This document shows positions 59,280 to 64,000 of a stretch of 64,000 nt of DNA, piece after piece. The position numbers and the translations under genes were made by a program. Every line of letters begins with the position of its first letter. Position 1 is the stretch's first letter. This stretch comes from an uncultured delta proteobacterium (GTDB taxonomy: Bacteria; Myxococcota; Kuafuiibacteriia; Kuafuiibacteriales; Kuafuiibacteriaceae), in assembly GCA_963803435.1 (NCBI GenBank), contig CAWDML010000001.1, positions 2,304,001-2,368,000 of the forward strand, written 5' to 3'. Under the pieces are notes generated by a model, which saw only the letters and a program-made list of their open reading frames with translations, made no database searches and was not told the DNA's origin.

Positions 59280-60641
59280 ATGCTGAGGAAGCTGTCGCTC
59301 GGCCTCGTCTTTCTTCTCGCGTGCCCGCGCACCGTGACGCTGACGCAGATCGAGGTCCCGGCCCGCCTCCCCTTCACCATCGCCCGCGACGTGGGCCAGG
59401 CGCTGGCGAAGGCCAACGATCTCGATCTCGACGCGCCCCGCTGGCGGGTCCTCGGCGGGCACGAGGCGGCCGGATACATCGTCGAGCACTACCGGCTGGG
59501 ACGCGGGCTCCACCTGCTCCTCTCGATCGATCACGACGCGCACGCCTTCACACATCAGCTCTGGTTCGACGCGCGCGACCTCGATCCGAAGACTTCGGCC
59601 GCCTTGATCGAGCTCTACCGCGATCACCCGGGCTCGAAGCGCATGCGCTCGTACGAGCTGGCCGGTGCCCGCACGTCCGCCGGGATCTCGCGGGAGCTCG
59701 GCTTCTTCGCGGCGACGGCCCCCACCAAGCTCGGGGACGCCGCGCCGTTCGAGAGCATCGCCCGGCTGGAGGCGGAGCGGCTCAGCGTCGCGCTCGATCC
59801 CGCGGGAGCAATCCAGCGTTCGTCCCGGCTGATGGATCCGCGCGCTCTGGTGGATCAGGCGATGCTCCGGGCGCTCCGACAGCGCACGGAGATCGGCCGG
59901 CCCGAGCCGCTGACGCCCGAGTCGCTGCGGAAGACGGCCGCCGAGACGCTGGCGGCGCAGCGCCTGGTCCTCGTGATCGCAGGCGACGTGGATCGCACCG
60001 AGGTGCTCTCGCTGCTGCGAGCGCTGCACGCGTCCCGCGGTACGGTCGGCGACGTCGAGTCCAAGAAGACCGAGGTCCGCACCCATCCGCCCGCGTTCGC
60101 CGTCGAGGTCCCCATCCCCGCCGACGACCGGGAGCTCCTCCTGGGATGGACGATCGATCCGGCCACCGCGGGACCTCCGCTCGAGGCCGCCGCGCACGTG
60201 CTGGCGGCGGGCGATCCGAGCCGCCTCGCGCTCCGCCTCGGCGAGGGTGTGAGCGGGATCCGCGCCCGCGCGGTCGAGGGTGCGCGCACGTTCGAAGTGA
60301 CCGTGATCCTCGAGCCGACGATCACCTCCACCAGGGCCGCCCAGCGGGTTCGGGACGAGATCGCGGCGGTGGCGAAGGGTGAAGGAAGCCAGGCGCAGCT
60401 CGAACGCGCCCGCGCGCGGATGATCGACGACGTGCTCGGACAGGCCAGCGGGCTCGAGACCCGCGCCGAGCTGTTCGCCTCGGCGTTCCTGATGAGCGGG
60501 AGCGTCGACGCGATCGATCTCCGGCTGGCCGAGCTCTCGAGCCTCGACGCCGCCGCGGTGAGCGCCGCGGTCAAGGATCACCTCTCGACGCGCGCACCGG
60601 CGATGGTGCTCGGTGTGCCACAGAAGGAGGGCGGCTCCTGA
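59280..60641 (+). CDS. M16 (insulinase) peptidase-fold protein, catalytic motif absent
   Basis: HYRLGRGLHLLL start, LVLVIAGDVD, PSRLALRL, QLERARAR, C-terminal AVSAAVKDHL. No HxxEH. Confidence 0.72.
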   Translation: MLRKLSLGLVFLLACPRTVTLTQIEVPARLPFTIARDVGQALAKANDLDLDAPRWRVLGGHEAAGYIVEHYRLGRGLHLLLSIDHDAHAFTHQLWFDARDLDPKTSAALIELYRDHPGSKRMRSYELAGARTSAGISRELGFFAATAPTKLGDAAPFESIARLEAERLSVALDPAGAIQRSSRLMDPRALVDQAMLRALRQRTEIGRPEPLTPESLRKTAAETLAAQRLVLVIAGDVDRTEVLSLLRALHASRGTVGDVESKKTEVRTHPPAFAVEVPIPADDRELLLGWTIDPATAGPPLEAAAHVLAAGDPSRLALRLGEGVSGIRARAVEGARTFEVTVILEPTITSTRAAQRVRDEIAAVAKGEGSQAQLERARARMIDDVLGQASGLETRAELFASAFLMSGSVDAIDLRLAELSSLDAAAVSAAVKDHLSTRAPAMVLGVPQKEGGS

Positions 60642-60646
60642 TCCCC

Positions 60647-61864
60647 GTGCTGTTCGCGCTGGTGGCGGCCGCTCCCGAGGTCGTGGCCCTTCCCGACGAC
60701 GGCCCGCCCTGGGCGGAGCTGCGCATCGCGCTGCCCGGCGGCACCAACAGCGATCCCAAGGACAAGAGCGGGCTGGCCCACGTGGCAGCGGTCATGCTCG
60801 AGCGGCGGCTCTCGTCGATCGGCGCGAAGGTGATCCTGGGGAGGCACGGCCTCGCCGTCAGCGCCGGCGCGCCCACCGCCGAGATCGAGCACGCTGCGAT
60901 CGCGGCGATCGACGCGATCGCGGCCGAGCCGGTCACGGCCGAGGTGGACGCCGCCGTCCGGATCGCCTCCCAGCGCCGGCGGAGGTTCGCTGACGACGAC
61001 CGCGCCCTCGCCGAGATGGAGCTCGAGCGCACCCTGGGTCCGGCCGAGCACCTCCTGGGCGCGCCCGAGTCGCTCGCGACCATCACCCGCGACGACGTCC
61101 TCCTGCACGAGCGGCGGAACTGGGTCGCGGATCGAACGCTCGTGGTGATCTCGGGTCGGTTCGATCCCGAGGCTCCTAAGCACCTGGCCGCGCGGCTGGA
61201 GAAGATGACCCGCCCGCAGGTGAAGAAGGAAGCGCCCGCCCGCGAGGCGCCGGCGCGTCAACCCAGCTTGCGCGTACTCTTGATCGACAAGCCGAACCGA
61301 CGCCTCGCCCAGGTGGCGATTGGACGGCGGGTCCCCACGATTGGTGCCGCCGAGCTGGCCGCCAACGCCGGGCTGGGCGGGAGCATGAGCGGGCGCTTGA
61401 CCGAGGCGATGCTGCGGACGCCCGCAGTCGGCGCTTATGCGTTCAGCGCGGTGCGCGACGATCACCTCGTGGTCTGGTCGGCGGTCGAGCCCTCGAAGAC
61501 GGCGGCCGCCGTCACCCGGATCCTCGAGGCGCTCGCGTCTGTCGCCAAGGAGGGGCTGGCGCCGCCGGAGATCCTGCTCGGCAAGCGCACCGCCGCCGCG
61601 CAAGCCGAGTTGACACAACGTGACGCCGCCTCCCGAGCCGACGCACAGGTCCGCGCCCACCTGTCGGCGCTGGCGCGCACCGCACAGACCGCTCGATTCC
61701 TTGAGCTGGGCGAGGACGAGGTGAAGCGCGCCGCCCGGGGGCTGGCCGCGTCGGAGGGTCTCGCGATCGTGGTGGTGGCCAGCGCGACCGCCGACCTACA
61801 GGCCGCGCTGGTGGCCGTCCCCGGCGTGAAGGAGGTCCAGGTGGCGCGCTACGATCTGCGGTAG
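60647..61864 (+). CDS. M16 peptidase-fold protein, inactive-type subunit
   Basis: GGTNSDPKDKSGLAHVAAVML, SLATITRDDV, LVVISGRFD, LLIDKP, LGGSMSGRL. Confidence 0.78.
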   Translation: MLFALVAAAPEVVALPDDGPPWAELRIALPGGTNSDPKDKSGLAHVAAVMLERRLSSIGAKVILGRHGLAVSAGAPTAEIEHAAIAAIDAIAAEPVTAEVDAAVRIASQRRRRFADDDRALAEMELERTLGPAEHLLGAPESLATITRDDVLLHERRNWVADRTLVVISGRFDPEAPKHLAARLEKMTRPQVKKEAPAREAPARQPSLRVLLIDKPNRRLAQVAIGRRVPTIGAAELAANAGLGGSMSGRLTEAMLRTPAVGAYAFSAVRDDHLVVWSAVEPSKTAAAVTRILEALASVAKEGLAPPEILLGKRTAAAQAELTQRDAASRADAQVRAHLSALARTAQTARFLELGEDEVKRAARGLAASEGLAIVVVASATADLQAALVAVPGVKEVQVARYDLR

Positions 61865-61900
61865 CAGCCGTGCTTGATCGGAGCTCCGGGGCGCGGCTAG

Positions 61901-63153
61901 ATGAGGCCGATGGTCCTGCTGCTCGCGCTGTTCGCGGCCTGCGCCCCGCCGAAGGCGAGCGAGCCCGTGCTCCTGGTGGTCGGAGCGGCCGACGAGGGTC
62001 TGCTCGTCGACAAGTCGGAGATCGAGGACAGGCTCTACGCGGCGGCCAAGGGGCGCCTGACGTTCGTGGCGAGAGACGTCGCCCGGCGCGCAACCCAGGC
62101 GGAGGGCGGCCAGACCAACCGCGAGGCGACGCTGGTGAAGGCGCGCGTGCTGGTCAAGCGCGCGGAAGAGCAGTTCCGCGAGCTGGATGACGAGCAGGCG
62201 CTGGAGCTCATCGCGAAGGCGACGGCGAACCTGGCCTCGGTCCACCAGGAGGAGGGCGCGATCCAGCTCCTGTCGCGCGCGCACCTCCTGGCAGCGGCGA
62301 TCTACCTCGCGCGGGAGCGCGTGCCCGCCGCGAAGAACCGCCTCCAGCGCGCGCTCGATCTCGATCCGAAGATCGAGCCCGATCAACGCAAGTTCTCGCC
62401 GCGCGTCCTCACCGAGCTGGCGGCGCTGCGGGCTGCGGAGTCGACGCGCCCTGCGGGGAGCCTCGAGGTGCGGCTCTCGAACGAGGGACTGCTCGCGTCC
62501 GTGTTCGTGGATGGGCGCCTCCGGGGATTGACCCCGATGATGCTCGAATCGATCGGTGAAGGTCGCCATCTCCTCCGCGTCTGGGCGCCGGGCTTTCAGA
62601 GCTACATCGCGAGCGTGTCGATCGCGGGGGGCCGCTCGCGCGTCGAGACGGCGCACCTGGTACCCGACGACGAGATCCGGGAGATCGTCGACCTGCCGCG
62701 GAAGCTCCGGCGGGGGACGATCCCTCCGCGACGCTGCTGCTCTTGGCGAAGCGCGCCGAGGTCGAGCGCGCGATCCTGGCCTCGCTCGTGCTCTCGAGCG
62801 CGCGGACCCCCACCGGAGACGCGGCGATCGGCGTCGAGATCTTCGTCCCGAAGGCCGGCCGGTCGTTCGCGCCCACCGACGACGCCGTGGCGCTCGAAGC
62901 GGCGCTCGATCGTGCGCTCCGCTGCGACGACTCGGGGCCGAAGCCCACCACGCTGGCGCCGAGCGCGATCGGGCTCGACGCCGGGCGCGTCCATCCCATG
63001 CCGGTGCCCACGGCGACCGCCTGGTGGAACCGGCCCTGGTTCTGGGGCGTGGCTGCGGCGGTCGTGCTGGCGGCGGCCGGCGGGGTGGTGGCGGCTCGGG
63101 CGGCGCAAGGGCCGCCCGAGGTCGTCGAAGTCACGCTCGTCCCGCGCCCTTGA
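61901..63153 (+). CDS. TPR- and PEGA-domain lipoprotein with C-terminal TM (frameshift near 62714)
   Basis: Lipobox FAAC, RALDLDP...FSPRV, PEGA ASVFVDGRLRGLTP...GRHLLRVWAPGF, then WWNRPWFWGV TM in the next frame. Confidence 0.8.
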
Positions 63154-63183
63154 GGCCCACTTCGACTTTCGTCACTTCCGGGC

Positions 63184-63247
63184 TTGACGGCGGGAGCAGA
63201 CGTGCTAAAAGTCCGGCCGTTAGCAGCCACACCCCCCGTGTGGCTAA
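63184..63247 (+). promoter_or_regulatory. groESL promoter with degenerate CIRCE-like inverted repeat
   Basis: TTGACG (63184) ... TAAAAG (63206), then TTAGCAGCC-ACACCCCCC-GTGTGGCTAA (63220-63247). Confidence 0.6.
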
Positions 63248-63296
63248 ACCAAATCAAAAGTTTTCGGAGTTTCGAGTAGTTAAGGAGTAGGTGGCA

Positions 63297-63587
63297 ATGG
63301 CTAAGTTTCGTCCCCTCCACGATCGTCTTCTGGTGAAACGCGTCGAAGCCGAGGAGAAATCCAAGGGCGGCATCATCATCCCCGACTCGGCCAAGGAGAA
63401 GCCGGTCGAGGGTGAAGTGATGGCGGTCGGCAGCGGCAAGACCCTCGACGACGGCAAGGTCCGCGCCCTCGAGGTCAAGGTCGGCCAGAAGATCCTCTTC
63501 GGCAAGTACAGCGGCACCGAGATCAAGATCGAAGGCGTCGAGCACATCATCCTCCGCGAGGATGAGGTCCTAGGCATCCTCGAGTAA
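63297..63587 (+). CDS. groES: Co-chaperonin GroES
   Basis: [43 protein letters not shown]. Confidence 0.98.
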   Translation: MAKFRPLHDRLLVKRVEAEEKSKGGIIIPDSAKEKPVEGEVMAVGSGKTLDDGKVRALEVKVGQKILFGKYSGTEIKIEGVEHIILREDEVLGILE

Positions 63588-63604
63588 GCCGCGCGGCGCA
63601 GTAG

Positions 63605-64000
<396 letters not shown>

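Overview
About 70% GC bacterial chromosomal DNA, most likely a Myxococcota/Deltaproteobacteria-type genome (inferred from an MXAN_5808-like S41 protease, a TIGR02996-LRR protein, Ig-repeat vWA lipoproteins and many sigma-54 promoters). About 60 CDSs are present. They include housekeeping genes (map, aat, recA, argC, argB, comM/yifB, groES, partial groEL), a split DUF4129-DUF4350-MoxR / DUF58 cluster, five vWA-domain proteins, a sigma-54 two-component system, a fatty-acid module (two TetR regulators, acyl-CoA dehydrogenase) and a small decayed island at 20.7-24.7 kb (IS5 and ISKra4 remnants, two broken four-helix-bundle genes, heptamer repeats, inverted repeats). No rRNA, tRNA or CRISPR array was seen. 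Six apparent frameshifts split otherwise intact genes, and three are the same GATC->GATTC change. The most notable observations are: (1) a translationally coupled three-gene operon encoding a degenerate TolQ/AglR-like protein and an apparent TolQ-TolR-TolR fusion; (2) seven sigma-54 promoters whose predicted +1 lies 2-5 nt from the start codon, plus about ten TANNNT boxes 6-9 nt from start codons, suggesting pervasive leaderless transcription (including recA and comM); (3) an Ogt-like protein with PDHR instead of PCHR; (4) a coiled-coil/AT-hook basic protein; (5) an IS5-like-ended cargo segment sitting inside a heptamer-repeat palindrome; (6) several apparent pseudo-enzymes. All family assignments come from motif recognition by eye, not database searches.
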